Shown: positions 1-8,193, counted from the first letter of the stretch. The stretch is 64,000 bases of DNA from Candidatus Flemingiibacterium sp. (GCA_045644145.1 JAZRGK010000005.1:20451-84450), one strand, 5' to 3'. Notes: generated by a model not told the origin, from the letters alone. Numbers and translations are program-made.

Positions 1-389
1 TGCGACATAAATGTCATATCTCGTACAAGTTGTGGTCTTGGACCGACAATGCTTATATCCCCTTTTAAGATGTTCCACAACTCAGGAAGCTCGTCCAACG
101 ACGTACTCCGCAAAATTTGCCCATACTTGTTCAAACGCATATGATCTGGAAGGAGAATGCCATTTTTGTCCTTCTTATTGCTCATCGTCCGAAATTTTAC
201 GAGTCGGAATATTTTTTCCTTCCCGGTATTTGGGTCGATTCTACCGGGGCGAAGCTGAGTAAAGAAAGGATTACCTCTCATTAAAATCGCGCCGCTGACT
301 ATTAATATCAGAAATATTGGCGACAATACAAACAGCGCCAAAAGCGATAGGATGAAGTCAATAACTCTCTTAAAAAACTTAGCGTACAT
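1..389 (-). CDS. Bacterial sugar transferase (polyprenyl-phosphate sugar phosphotransferase, PglC/EpsL-like); C-terminus runs off the window
   Basis: My own minus-strand translation from the ATG at 389 gives MYAKFFKRVIDFILSLLALFVLSPIFLILIVSGAILMRGNPFFTQLRPGRIDPNTGKEKIFRLVKFRTMSNKKDKNG...LDELPELWNILKGDISIVGPRPQL. It has one N-terminal TM helix followed by the KFRTM and DELPxLxNxLxGDMSxVGPRP-type motifs of the PF02397 family. It is absent from the ORF track because it has no stop inside the window. Confidence 0.8.
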   Translation of the reverse strand, partial: MYAKFFKRVIDFILSLLALFVLSPIFLILIVSGAILMRGNPFFTQLRPGRIDPNTGKEKIFRLVKFRTMSNKKDKNGILLPDHMRLNKYGQILRSTSLDELPELWNILKGDISIVGPRPQLVRDMTFMS

Positions 390-411
390 AATATGTAATC
401 CCCAAACCAAT

Positions 412-1671
412 TCAAGCAAAACAGCTTTTCACAATATCAATTACAGCATTCTGTTCTTCTACCGTCATCTTGTTATCGCTCGGCAAACACAAACCTCGTT
501 CGAAAATATCCGCACCTACATCAGCCACGCCGCCTGCAATATATGCATTTGTTCTGCATCGTCCGCTACCATCTACCGTGACAAATTCGTGCATACGGTA
601 CATCGGCTGCATGTGCATCGGTTTCCAAATCGGTCTGCCCTCTGCATTATATTTTGCAAGAATCTCCAAAATCTCGGTTGGACAGGTCTTGCCGGATTCT
701 TTTATGTACAGCGTATTTGAATCATCTCTGATTTGCCGACACATATACTCTTTATCAATAATCATAGCAGACAGCCAATAGTTAGGCACTGTACCGGCAA
801 CAATAGGATTCATCTGAATCGGCAAGTCCTTGAAACTGTCACGGTATCTTTCATAAATCGCTTTTTTCTGCGCGATGTGCTCCTCCAAATATGGATACTG
901 ACCGCGCACAACACCGGCTACCACATTGCTCATTCGATAGTTGTAGCCGACTTCCTCATGCTGATACCAAGGCGCATTTTCTCTTGCTTGCGTTGACCAC
1001 TTGCGAACCATATTTGCAACTTCGACATCGTTAGTAAGCAGGCAGCCACCTGAAGATCCGGTAATTATTTTGTTGCCGTTATAACTCACAGCAGAGTAAT
1101 CTCCAAAAGAACCGCAGGGCTTACCGTTGACAGTTGCGCCCATTGCTTCGGCGGCATCTTCAATCAAAAGCGCACCGTGACGTTCGCATATTTCTTTAAT
1201 CAGATCAACTCGTCCGGGAAAACCGTAAAGCTCGGCATATACGACCAACTTAACATCCGGATACAAATTGAATGCTTTTTCGAGCGCGGCAGGATCCATA
1301 TTCCATGAGCTTTCCTCTGTATCTATAAATACGGGAATTCCATCCTCATAAACAACCGGATTCAAAGTGGCAGCAAATGTCATGTCGGAACAGAAAACAC
1401 GTTTCCCCTCGAGAGCCCCATGGCTAATAGCAGGCTTGCCGTACAATGTTTCTCCGGCGTGCTTAACAGCCAAGTGGAGTGCAGCCGTGCAGCATGAAAG
1501 TGCTACCGCATATTTCGTACATGCGTTTTCTGCAGCAATGCGTTCCACCTCGTTGATGTTTTCACCGACCGTGCTCATCCAGTTGGTTTGATATGCCTGC
1601 TTTATATATTTCATCTCATCCCCGTGCATGGTGCGGGTGGAGAGCCAAATCTTTTTATCAAATTTCACCAT
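412..1671 (-). CDS. DegT/DnrJ/EryC1/StrS-family PLP-dependent sugar aminotransferase (PglE/EpsN-like)
   Basis: 419-aa ORF. The N-terminus IWLSTRTMHGDEMKYIKQAYQTNWMSTVGENINEVE and the region SYNGNKIITGSSGGCLLTND (lysine in NGNK as candidate PLP lysine) are typical of this family. AAGGAG-type RBS upstream. It sits directly upstream of the sugar transferase. Confidence 0.88.
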   Translation of the reverse strand: MVKFDKKIWLSTRTMHGDEMKYIKQAYQTNWMSTVGENINEVERIAAENACTKYAVALSCCTAALHLAVKHAGETLYGKPAISHGALEGKRVFCSDMTFAATLNPVVYEDGIPVFIDTEESSWNMDPAALEKAFNLYPDVKLVVYAELYGFPGRVDLIKEICERHGALLIEDAAEAMGATVNGKPCGSFGDYSAVSYNGNKIITGSSGGCLLTNDVEVANMVRKWSTQARENAPWYQHEEVGYNYRMSNVVAGVVRGQYPYLEEHIAQKKAIYERYRDSFKDLPIQMNPIVAGTVPNYWLSAMIIDKEYMCRQIRDDSNTLYIKESGKTCPTEILEILAKYNAEGRPIWKPMHMQPMYRMHEFVTVDGSGRCRTNAYIAGGVADVGADIFERGLCLPSDNKMTVEEQNAVIDIVKSCFA

Positions 1672-1750
1672 AGCTACTCCTTTTTTCTACGTGCATGGTT
1701 TGGCGCAGAATCAATTAATGTAGATTGTAGAAGCCCAAAAACCAAATATG

Positions 1751-2929
1751 TTATTCCGAGAAATTAAAGTCGAGTCCAACAAAGTTCAGCGATTGCTGAT
1801 ACTCCGATACTTCTTCAACTTTAAAGCTTAGCTTGCGATTCACAAATCGCTTAATTTTATCTGCGTGGAATATCCTATCAATAATTCTTATTATCCACAT
1901 AATCGGAAGAAGAAACGGTAGTTTCTTTAAAAGCGGATACATATTTCTCATATCGGCGTATCTCGGGAAGAGCGCTTTGAACACACGCTTACACTTGGCA
2001 GCTTGGGCTGATTTTCCATTCTTTGTACTCTTTAAAGCGCTGGATAGATTAGAGTTGTGCGTGCGTCCATATTCTCCGCTGGTAAAGATAAACTGTGTGA
2101 TGAACTCGGTCTTTTCATCTCCTGCGCAATCTTCAAACCATACTTGCAGAGTGCGCATAATATTATCATAAAACTCTGAAAGTTGAAGCTTTTTAAGCTC
2201 TCTTCTGATATATTCCTCGTCCATATCCGGATTGTGTATGCGGTAAACCCACAAATCAACTATGTGGCGAATGCCAATCCCAGCATCCCGATAATGTTTG
2301 GCGAAATGAGTGAATAGATAGATCATTTCATCGCAGGTAGTCATTTTGTAGCGGTATGAATATCCATCCATTAACGTCGCAAGCTTCCAACCGTCACCAT
2401 AATACTCATAGTAGTCCTTATTGTACGAGGGAATTAATCGCTTATGGAATTCAATATTGACCGGTTTCTTTTCCCATACAAGCTCGTGGTCGCTTTCGTA
2501 TTTTTCTATGTAACCGAACCCGTTCATGATGCTGCGTATAGTTTCATACTGGGCACAATCAATGAGAATATCCGCATCTCCCATTCGTCGCATCTCTGCG
2601 TGTGGGTAGAGATTTTTCAGAAGCGTTCCCTTTAAGGGCATATGGTTAACGCCTTGTGATTCAAATGCATCCATGATTCGACGGATCGCGGCTAACTGTG
2701 TTTCACTAACCGAGATGCCTTGATAAACGCGCATTGATTCTTCACGCATCGGCTCGGAATTTTTGCTCACACCGCAAAGTAGGGCACCGTAATACGCCAT
2801 AACATCTACGCCGTGACCTTTCGCAATTTGAAAGACTTCTGTCAAATCAAAATCACCGGGCAGAGGACAAGATTGGCTTGTGAGCGCACTTTTTATTAAT
2901 ATTATTAATGCGTGCTGTTGTTTCGTCAT
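1751..2929 (-). CDS. Uncharacterised nucleotidyltransferase-family protein (NTP_transf_5-like)
   Basis: The ORF 1751..2962 contains MPLKGTLLKNLYPHAEMRRMGDADILIDCAQYETIRSIMNGFGYIE, the G-x-pattern plus D-x-D signature of this family. I moved the start to the ATG at 2929 (MTKQQHAL) because GGAGGG lies 7 nt upstream. Confidence 0.65.
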   Translation of the reverse strand: MTKQQHALIILIKSALTSQSCPLPGDFDLTEVFQIAKGHGVDVMAYYGALLCGVSKNSEPMREESMRVYQGISVSETQLAAIRRIMDAFESQGVNHMPLKGTLLKNLYPHAEMRRMGDADILIDCAQYETIRSIMNGFGYIEKYESDHELVWEKKPVNIEFHKRLIPSYNKDYYEYYGDGWKLATLMDGYSYRYKMTTCDEMIYLFTHFAKHYRDAGIGIRHIVDLWVYRIHNPDMDEEYIRRELKKLQLSEFYDNIMRTLQVWFEDCAGDEKTEFITQFIFTSGEYGRTHNSNLSSALKSTKNGKSAQAAKCKRVFKALFPRYADMRNMYPLLKKLPFLLPIMWIIRIIDRIFHADKIKRFVNRKLSFKVEEVSEYQQSLNFVGLDFNFSE

Positions 2930-3038
2930 CTTCGTTCCCTCCGTGAATATCACTGTATACACAGTTATTTCTTTTGCCGGTTTTGCGATGATATTTTAGC
3001 TGTACCAATAATACGAAAGATACAAATCTCCAAATTAT

Positions 3039-3067
3039 ATTATATCACAACTGTGACAATTTGTCAA
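3039..3067 (-). promoter_or_regulatory. Consensus sigma-A promoter for the EPS operon (minus strand)
   Basis: The minus strand reads TTGACA (3067..3062), a 17-nt spacer, then TATAAT (3044..3039), about 110 nt upstream of the 2929 start. Confidence 0.7.
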
Positions 3068-3393
3068 TACATATAACTAATGAAATAAACGTACGCTGTT
3101 TTTATCAGTGGAATTAAGAAGGGAGTAATAATAATATTTTATATAAACTGTGATACAAGTGATAATAGTGCACCAATCTTTCTTCTCCAATACCAACCCA
3201 ATAAGTTTATTCGCTCTATCTGCCATAAAAAGCGGAATGTTAAACACACCCCCACCAAACTTTAGATTGTTATTAAACATCGGTTTCGCTGAAAAATCAA
3301 CCGAATCACATAATTATTTACAATTAGGTGGGTTGATATCACACTTTTATAACCGAAGTAATGACATCACAAACAGAAGATGAATAACCCCAA

Positions 3394-3427
3394 AGAGGAA
3401 TCGTACACGATTTGGTACGATTCCTCT
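3394..3427 (-). terminator. Hairpin just downstream of the 285-aa gene
   Basis: 13-bp perfect stem agaggaatcgtac / gtacgattcctct with an 8-nt loop, 10 nt after the stop at 3437. The U-tract on the minus strand is short (TTT). Confidence 0.5.
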
Positions 3428-3436
3428 TCTGCATAT

Positions 3437-4294
3437 TCACAAGATTACCCGATACAGACTCACACCAAATCCGGTCTCCTTCCGCTCCATAAACTCGGGC
3501 GGAAGTTTCGAAAGATACTGCTTACCCAGCGATGAGCTGCCGAGGTACGCTCCCATATTGGTCACGGGCAGTACCACCCACTCGCCGTCTGCGGGCTTAT
3601 TAGCAATGTAGTATTCTGCAAGCGTAAGTATTACCTTCAGCGGCACGCCGTCCGGCTTTAACTGCTCAATCTTTTCAATCTGCTCCGCTGAAAGCTCGAC
3701 CGATTCACGACGTAGGGGACCAAGCTCCAGCGCATCGGCGATGGCGGTGTCAAAGAGCAAAAGCCACTCGGCGTTGGTGTTCGAGGAGAACAGCGGCACT
3801 TGAAACTGCCTCACTTTCTTCTCCCACTCCGCTTCCCATTCCGCCGTCCGCTCGGAAAGGCAGTGCAGATGCTTATTGACAGCTTCCTTATTTTCACGCA
3901 CAAACTCTGCCACAGCATGAACGTGCCGCCAGTACCATCCCACGCCGTTTTCATCCACAAGCTCGGGAAACTCCTTGTGATACTCCGTAAAGCAAACGTC
4001 AATCTGCCACTCCTTCGCCGGAGTGGCTTTTTTTCGTTTCGGGATACTGCACCATGCACAGAGCGCTCGGCGTGCGTACTCGATCTGCTCATACGGATCA
4101 CCGTTTTTTATTGATCCGTCGAGATTGTGGAAAAGATATCCGCGTGCAAGAACCGTGAAAATTCGGTTGAAGCCCTTGAAATCCCTCATCATATCCGCGG
4201 TGAATCTGCCAAGAAAAGATGTATCCTTGCCATTCGACACGGTATAGACCGGTGGTTCTGTATATGCCTTGAATTCATTCCATTCGTTTGTCAT
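3437..4294 (-). CDS. Hypothetical protein, partner of the RdRP/YonO-like polymerase (no family recognised)
   Basis: 285-aa ORF. Its ATG (4294..4292) overlaps the TGA (4293..4291) of the upstream 1020-aa gene as ATGA. No TM helix and no motif that I can assign. Confidence 0.75.
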   Translation of the reverse strand: MTNEWNEFKAYTEPPVYTVSNGKDTSFLGRFTADMMRDFKGFNRIFTVLARGYLFHNLDGSIKNGDPYEQIEYARRALCAWCSIPKRKKATPAKEWQIDVCFTEYHKEFPELVDENGVGWYWRHVHAVAEFVRENKEAVNKHLHCLSERTAEWEAEWEKKVRQFQVPLFSSNTNAEWLLLFDTAIADALELGPLRRESVELSAEQIEKIEQLKPDGVPLKVILTLAEYYIANKPADGEWVVLPVTNMGAYLGSSSLGKQYLSKLPPEFMERKETGFGVSLYRVIL

Positions 4295-7200
4295 GACGCA
4301 CCGCCTTTCTTCGCATAGCGTTCAACATAATCCCACAGCACATCCCATAAGAAAGTCCGCTTTCCAAGTGCGACAGCGTATTTGACCGCCTCGCCGGGAC
4401 TGCATATTTCCTTCACCAGACCAAGGCATCGTTCTGCCACCGCCTCACGGTAATCCTTGCCCCAAACCTTGTCCACATAAGCACCTACCAGCGCCGCCAT
4501 CTCCGCGGAATCGCCGTCGTAATGCAGGCGTTCCCGATTCTGCAGGATATTTTCGTTATCGGTGTCGCATATCAATGCACCGAGCACACGGTAACCTCCA
4601 CAGCTGAAGTCGGCGAAGAGATCGTAATACGGCACAAATTCCTCATCGGGCAGATATTTGTGCAGGAACAGTACGCGCTTATCCTCGGGCAGAAACTGCC
4701 ACTTATCCTCGCGAATGGCGCGGCGGATCTCGCTGACACGCTTGGCAGGAAGATTCACAAACAGCGCATACAGCTCGTCCACATCGTATACATTCTCCTC
4801 ATCCCTCATATACAGCACACGAGCAATACCGTTTTTCTTTGCCTTTAATTTCGGCGGATGCAAGCTGGCTCGGATACGCTTCAGGCATCGTTCGTAGATG
4901 TCGATCAACGTGCGCATCTGATCCATGGTGTCGCGGTTCAGATTATCTTCCCATCCGTCCTCTGCGGCAAAAGTGAACAATTCCGATGCTTTTGCTGGTT
5001 TCCGCTTGGCTTTTGGCGTATGCTTTTTTAGCATGTCCGCGTAGTACGGCAGTTTTTCGAGATTCGAGCTGACCGAATTCCAATCGGTTTTCGCAAAATA
5101 TGCCTTGAACCGCTCGTCAAAGGTAGGCTCATACCAAGCACGATGCTCCTCGGAATCCTCCATAAGATTCTTGTATTTGAGGAAATTGCTCTTCTTGCGC
5201 TTGCCGTCAAGATACACCGACAGATCGGGCTTGATGCCGCTCTTGGCGGAGTCGATCTCAAGTCCCGTGAGAATCGCTAATTCTTCGGTTTCGCGGCGAT
5301 TTTTCTCTTTGGTTTCGGCATCGGTATTCTCATCGTAAGCGATGATGCTACGCTCCAGCGCGGCGTTGGAAATCTGCCCGACACGTGAAGAAAAGGTATT
5401 CTTAACCGTCTCAAACCGCGCCTGCCAGTCGGATGCATCGCGAATCTGCGGCTCGGCAGAGGGAATCTGCAGAAGCGGCAGGTTGTTTTTGCTGTCAAAT
5501 TCGTTGTAATCCACGCCGGAAAGATAGTTGCCGTACACGCAGTCGTTGAGAATCGGCTCAGCGATGGTTTTGATCATATCGCCGTCGAAATCTGCGCCGC
5601 CAAGACGTTCCGCGATCAGCGAGCAGGAGCCGACCATCACCACGTCGGTGAGGTGGGAGAGATATTTCTGCCGCAGCGGACCGATGCTCTCCGGCGGTTT
5701 TACCATCACTTCCTCATTGCGTGCAATGTGCGGATTGCGGAGAAGTGTGTATCGCTCCTGCTTTTCATATGCCGCACCGGGCGCGTAGAATACCGTTTCC
5801 ACGAAGGTTTCTGCATGAAGCGCGGACTGTAATTCGTTCGCCGCGGCTGAAACCTTAAAATGCGGCTCGATCAAATAATACAGCAGTTCCATCAGATCAG
5901 CGGAAAGATAGCGGTTATCGCCCTTGATATACAGCTTGCCCACCGCGTAATTTTTCAGCACTTTTTCCGCCATAGCATCAAGTTCGGATGTAAAATACGA
6001 TTCATGAATGAACAGAGGATTCTTCCTCAACAATTGCGCCATGCGGTAATTCTTGCTCTTTCTGCGAAAGCTCCAACGCTCGGCGCGGGAGATGAAGTAG
6101 TCGCGGCGGAATTCATCGTTTGCTGTTAAATCATAATACCGCTGCTCGGTTGCTTTTGTCAGCCAGCTGCGATCATCCTCGGCAGGGCTGTGATTCCATC
6201 CCAGCGGAAGGTCAGCGGGACGGAACAGTTCGGCTCTCAGGGAGATCGTATTGAGGAACTGGTAATTTAACTCAGTCAAATCTTCGGGCGTGTCCTTACC
6301 GACACCCGTGATATACAGTGCATGGCGGTACCGTTCGCAGGTAGCAATATAGCGATACCAGTGGTAGCCGTTTTCGTTGAGCCAACCGAAGCCCTTGCAT
6401 TGGCTCTTAGTCAGAATCAGCTTGATTTCATTCACGGGATGAGGATTGCCCCAGATATCCTTGATGAAGGTGATGCCGACCTCGCGCATCATGGACGGAA
6501 AATCCACCTCGTGCACCATGCCTTTGATGTATGGCATACGGATTTGGAAGGAATGGTGGGTGTGCTTGCCACAGAGAATCGTATCGATCTCATTGGCAAA
6601 TGCAGGCGAGATCAATCCTTCGCCATCGAATTCCGTGATAGGAATCCGAGTCTCCGTTTCACGACGTTCGTATTTGCGTACGCTCCCCTCACCGCTTGCA
6701 TCTTCCATCGTGATCACGTTTGCACGAGCCATATAGTTATGCGGATTATCCACGATGACAATGCTGTGATTACGCCACAAATAGGGATGCTCGATTCGTG
6801 TGCCGCTTGAAAACAGCAGACCGTTGTACGCGTACAACTTCGACAGCTGACATTCGCCTATCTTCATGTCAAGCATCATCCGAGCGCGGACGGTATCGTA
6901 CACATCGGCACGCAGAAACGACAGACGTGTATTGCGGCTCATACTGGCAGAGCGCTCAAACGCAAGATAGCGCTGTGCACCGCTGCCGAAATCCAGCGTG
7001 ATTCCCTCTGGGCGGAACATGGACTCCGCTTTCTTTTGCAGCAGAGCGATTTTCGGATTCTTCGCGTCGCGATCAAAGATTCCGGAGAAGTCTATATACA
7101 CGATAACATCGGCGAGATCATCGATAACGGTATCCGTGGATACATGGCGGTAGTCATTGCCTTTCAGTTCACACATAATCTGAAAGAAGATCGCGTTGTC

Positions 7201-7353
7201 CTCCTGCACCGTTTCACCGTGACGAAGAATGACACTCTCCGTTTCGCGCTTGTTGAGTGCGATGGTGTATATATCAGCATCGTCCGTCAGCTTTGCATAT
7301 GCGAGAATCGCCTGCGCAGACAGCATATGGATTTTGTATCGGATCTCGGGCAT
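4291..7353 (-). CDS. Single-subunit two-barrel RNA polymerase homolog (eukaryotic-type RdRP PF05183 / SPbeta YonO family)
   Basis: 1020-aa ORF with GGAGGTG 6 nt before the ATG. The motifs appear in the family order. They are RYLAFERSASMSR (aa 128-140), AYNGLLFSSG (aa 175-184), EFDGEGLISPAFANEI (aa 241-256) and SFQIRMPYIKGMV (aa 268-280). They continue with TLLRNPHIARNEEV (aa 536-549), GGADFDGD (aa 585-592, DNA 5578..5601), VGQISNAAL (aa 658-666) and LEIDSAKSGIKPD (aa 698-710). Confidence 0.8.
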   Translation of the reverse strand: MPEIRYKIHMLSAQAILAYAKLTDDADIYTIALNKRETESVILRHGETVQEDNAIFFQIMCELKGNDYRHVSTDTVIDDLADVIVYIDFSGIFDRDAKNPKIALLQKKAESMFRPEGITLDFGSGAQRYLAFERSASMSRNTRLSFLRADVYDTVRARMMLDMKIGECQLSKLYAYNGLLFSSGTRIEHPYLWRNHSIVIVDNPHNYMARANVITMEDASGEGSVRKYERRETETRIPITEFDGEGLISPAFANEIDTILCGKHTHHSFQIRMPYIKGMVHEVDFPSMMREVGITFIKDIWGNPHPVNEIKLILTKSQCKGFGWLNENGYHWYRYIATCERYRHALYITGVGKDTPEDLTELNYQFLNTISLRAELFRPADLPLGWNHSPAEDDRSWLTKATEQRYYDLTANDEFRRDYFISRAERWSFRRKSKNYRMAQLLRKNPLFIHESYFTSELDAMAEKVLKNYAVGKLYIKGDNRYLSADLMELLYYLIEPHFKVSAAANELQSALHAETFVETVFYAPGAAYEKQERYTLLRNPHIARNEEVMVKPPESIGPLRQKYLSHLTDVVMVGSCSLIAERLGGADFDGDMIKTIAEPILNDCVYGNYLSGVDYNEFDSKNNLPLLQIPSAEPQIRDASDWQARFETVKNTFSSRVGQISNAALERSIIAYDENTDAETKEKNRRETEELAILTGLEIDSAKSGIKPDLSVYLDGKRKKSNFLKYKNLMEDSEEHRAWYEPTFDERFKAYFAKTDWNSVSSNLEKLPYYADMLKKHTPKAKRKPAKASELFTFAAEDGWEDNLNRDTMDQMRTLIDIYERCLKRIRASLHPPKLKAKKNGIARVLYMRDEENVYDVDELYALFVNLPAKRVSEIRRAIREDKWQFLPEDKRVLFLHKYLPDEEFVPYYDLFADFSCGGYRVLGALICDTDNENILQNRERLHYDGDSAEMAALVGAYVDKVWGKDYREAVAERCLGLVKEICSPGEAVKYAVALGKRTFLWDVLWDYVERYAKKGGAS

Positions 7354-7429
7354 GAGCTCACCTCCGTGGATTTGTTTATATGGTTATTATATCATAAATT
7401 CGTGAATTTTTCTACCACGGGAGTAAAAA

Positions 7430-7448
7430 GAACACTACTCCCATAATA
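7430..7448. repeat. Direct repeat copy 1: GAACACTACTCCCATAATA
   Basis: 18 of 19 nt are identical to 8120..8138. This copy is also the 3' arm of a small hairpin, gggagta(N10)tactccc. Confidence 0.8.
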
Positions 7449-7480
7449 GAAAAAGCACCGCAATCAAAAACGGTGCTTTA
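7447..7480 (-). terminator. Rho-independent terminator after the HTH antitoxin gene
   Basis: Stem aaagcaccg / cggtgcttt (7452..7460 and 7471..7479) with a 10-nt loop. On the minus strand it is followed by a TTTT run, 20 nt after the stop at 7499. Confidence 0.6.
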
Positions 7481-7498
7481 ACTTCATATTTGCATTAT

Positions 7499-7810
7499 TT
7501 AGATAACTATGATTCCCGAGCTTTTTGGAAAAGTTGGATCGTTGCGTGTCAGAGTAAGCAAACGACAGGCGGCTCCCTCCGGATGATTGCGCCCGGCTTC
7601 CCATGCTTCAACGGTTTTAACAGATACGCCCATATACTTAGCAAATAAAACCTGCGTAAGCCCGGTACTCTTACGGATTTCTTTGATTTCACTGGGAGTA
7701 AAAGCGTCCACGGGCGCAATACTCAAAACGGTAGTCTTTGCTTTGAGATTCCCTTTTTCGTATTCAATGGCCTGCTCAAGTCCGGTTTTGATATCATCAA
7801 ATATTCCCAT
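7499..7810 (-). CDS. XRE-family HTH antitoxin (HigA/MqsA-like, COG2944-type)
   Basis: 103 aa. The segment EIKEIRKSTGLTQVLFAKYMGVSVKTVEAWEAGRNHPEGAACRLL is a canonical HTH_XRE domain, preceded by the short N-terminal segment typical of toxin-first TA modules. AAGGAG RBS upstream. Confidence 0.8.
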   Translation of the reverse strand: MGIFDDIKTGLEQAIEYEKGNLKAKTTVLSIAPVDAFTPSEIKEIRKSTGLTQVLFAKYMGVSVKTVEAWEAGRNHPEGAACRLLTLTRNDPTFPKSSGIIVI

Positions 7811-7829
7811 GGTACATCTCCTTTCAAAC

Positions 7830-7982
7830 TTAATTATCTTTTAACTGACGATCGAGAATTGCCACCAGCTGTTTCAGCTCGTTACGTTCAGACTGTGTCA
7901 GATTGTCTTTCTCATTCTTAGGATACCCTATTAAATAGTAGATGTCAAGCGGCGAAAGATGAAATTCAAATAAAAGATACAA
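7830..7982 (-). pseudogene. Truncated RelE/ParE-superfamily toxin remnant (C-terminal ~50 codons only)
   Basis: My own translation gives (L)YLLFEFHLSPLDIYYLIGYPKNEKDNLTQSERNELKQLVAILDRQLKDN*. The G(Y/F)xKNEKxNLT...LK..V ending is typical of the toxin paired with this antitoxin type. The frame is closed by TAA at 7985..7983, there is no ATG, and it is far too short for a functional toxin. Confidence 0.55.
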
Positions 7983-8119
7983 TTAAAATATTGCCCTCAC
8001 GTTGCCCTGTACGGCAATGAACATCGCAATCGAACGTGTACTCGCCTATATATCAGAACGCGCCGTGTGCGCCCTCGTGTGGGGCATGAGCGGACTGTTA
8101 AACAGGACTACGGTAATAT

Positions 8120-8138
8120 GAATACTACTCCCATAATA
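8120..8138. repeat. Direct repeat copy 2: GAATACTACTCCCATAATA
   Basis: 18 of 19 nt are identical to 7430..7448. The two copies bracket the antitoxin and toxin-remnant cassette. Confidence 0.8.
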
Positions 8139-8159
8139 AAACATTGGCAATCACAGATT

Positions 8160-8193
8160 ATGCTCTCCGATTTATCTCGGAGGGCATTTTTTG
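8160..8193 (+). terminator. Strong intrinsic terminator on the + strand with no annotated + gene upstream
   Basis: Stem atgctctccga / tcggagggcat (one G-U pair) with loop tttatc, followed by TTTTTT (8187..8192). Confidence 0.6.

Noticed and set aside
3077-3383. 67-aa (minus) and 77-aa (plus) ORFs in the AT-rich gap between the EPS operon and the island
   Set aside because: They have no RBS, and the C-terminal halves are low-complexity (YYYY, N/I-rich), as expected from AT-rich DNA. The first ~36 codons of the minus ORF (MFNNNLKFGGGVFNIPLFMADRANKLIGLVLEKKDW) could be a gene fragment. I cannot tie it to any family or to the island junction.
8027-8131. 34-codon ORF MNIAIERVLAYISERAVCALVWGMSGLLNRTTVI
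   Set aside because: It has no Shine-Dalgarno sequence and no recognisable family. It is mentioned only as context for the orphan terminator.
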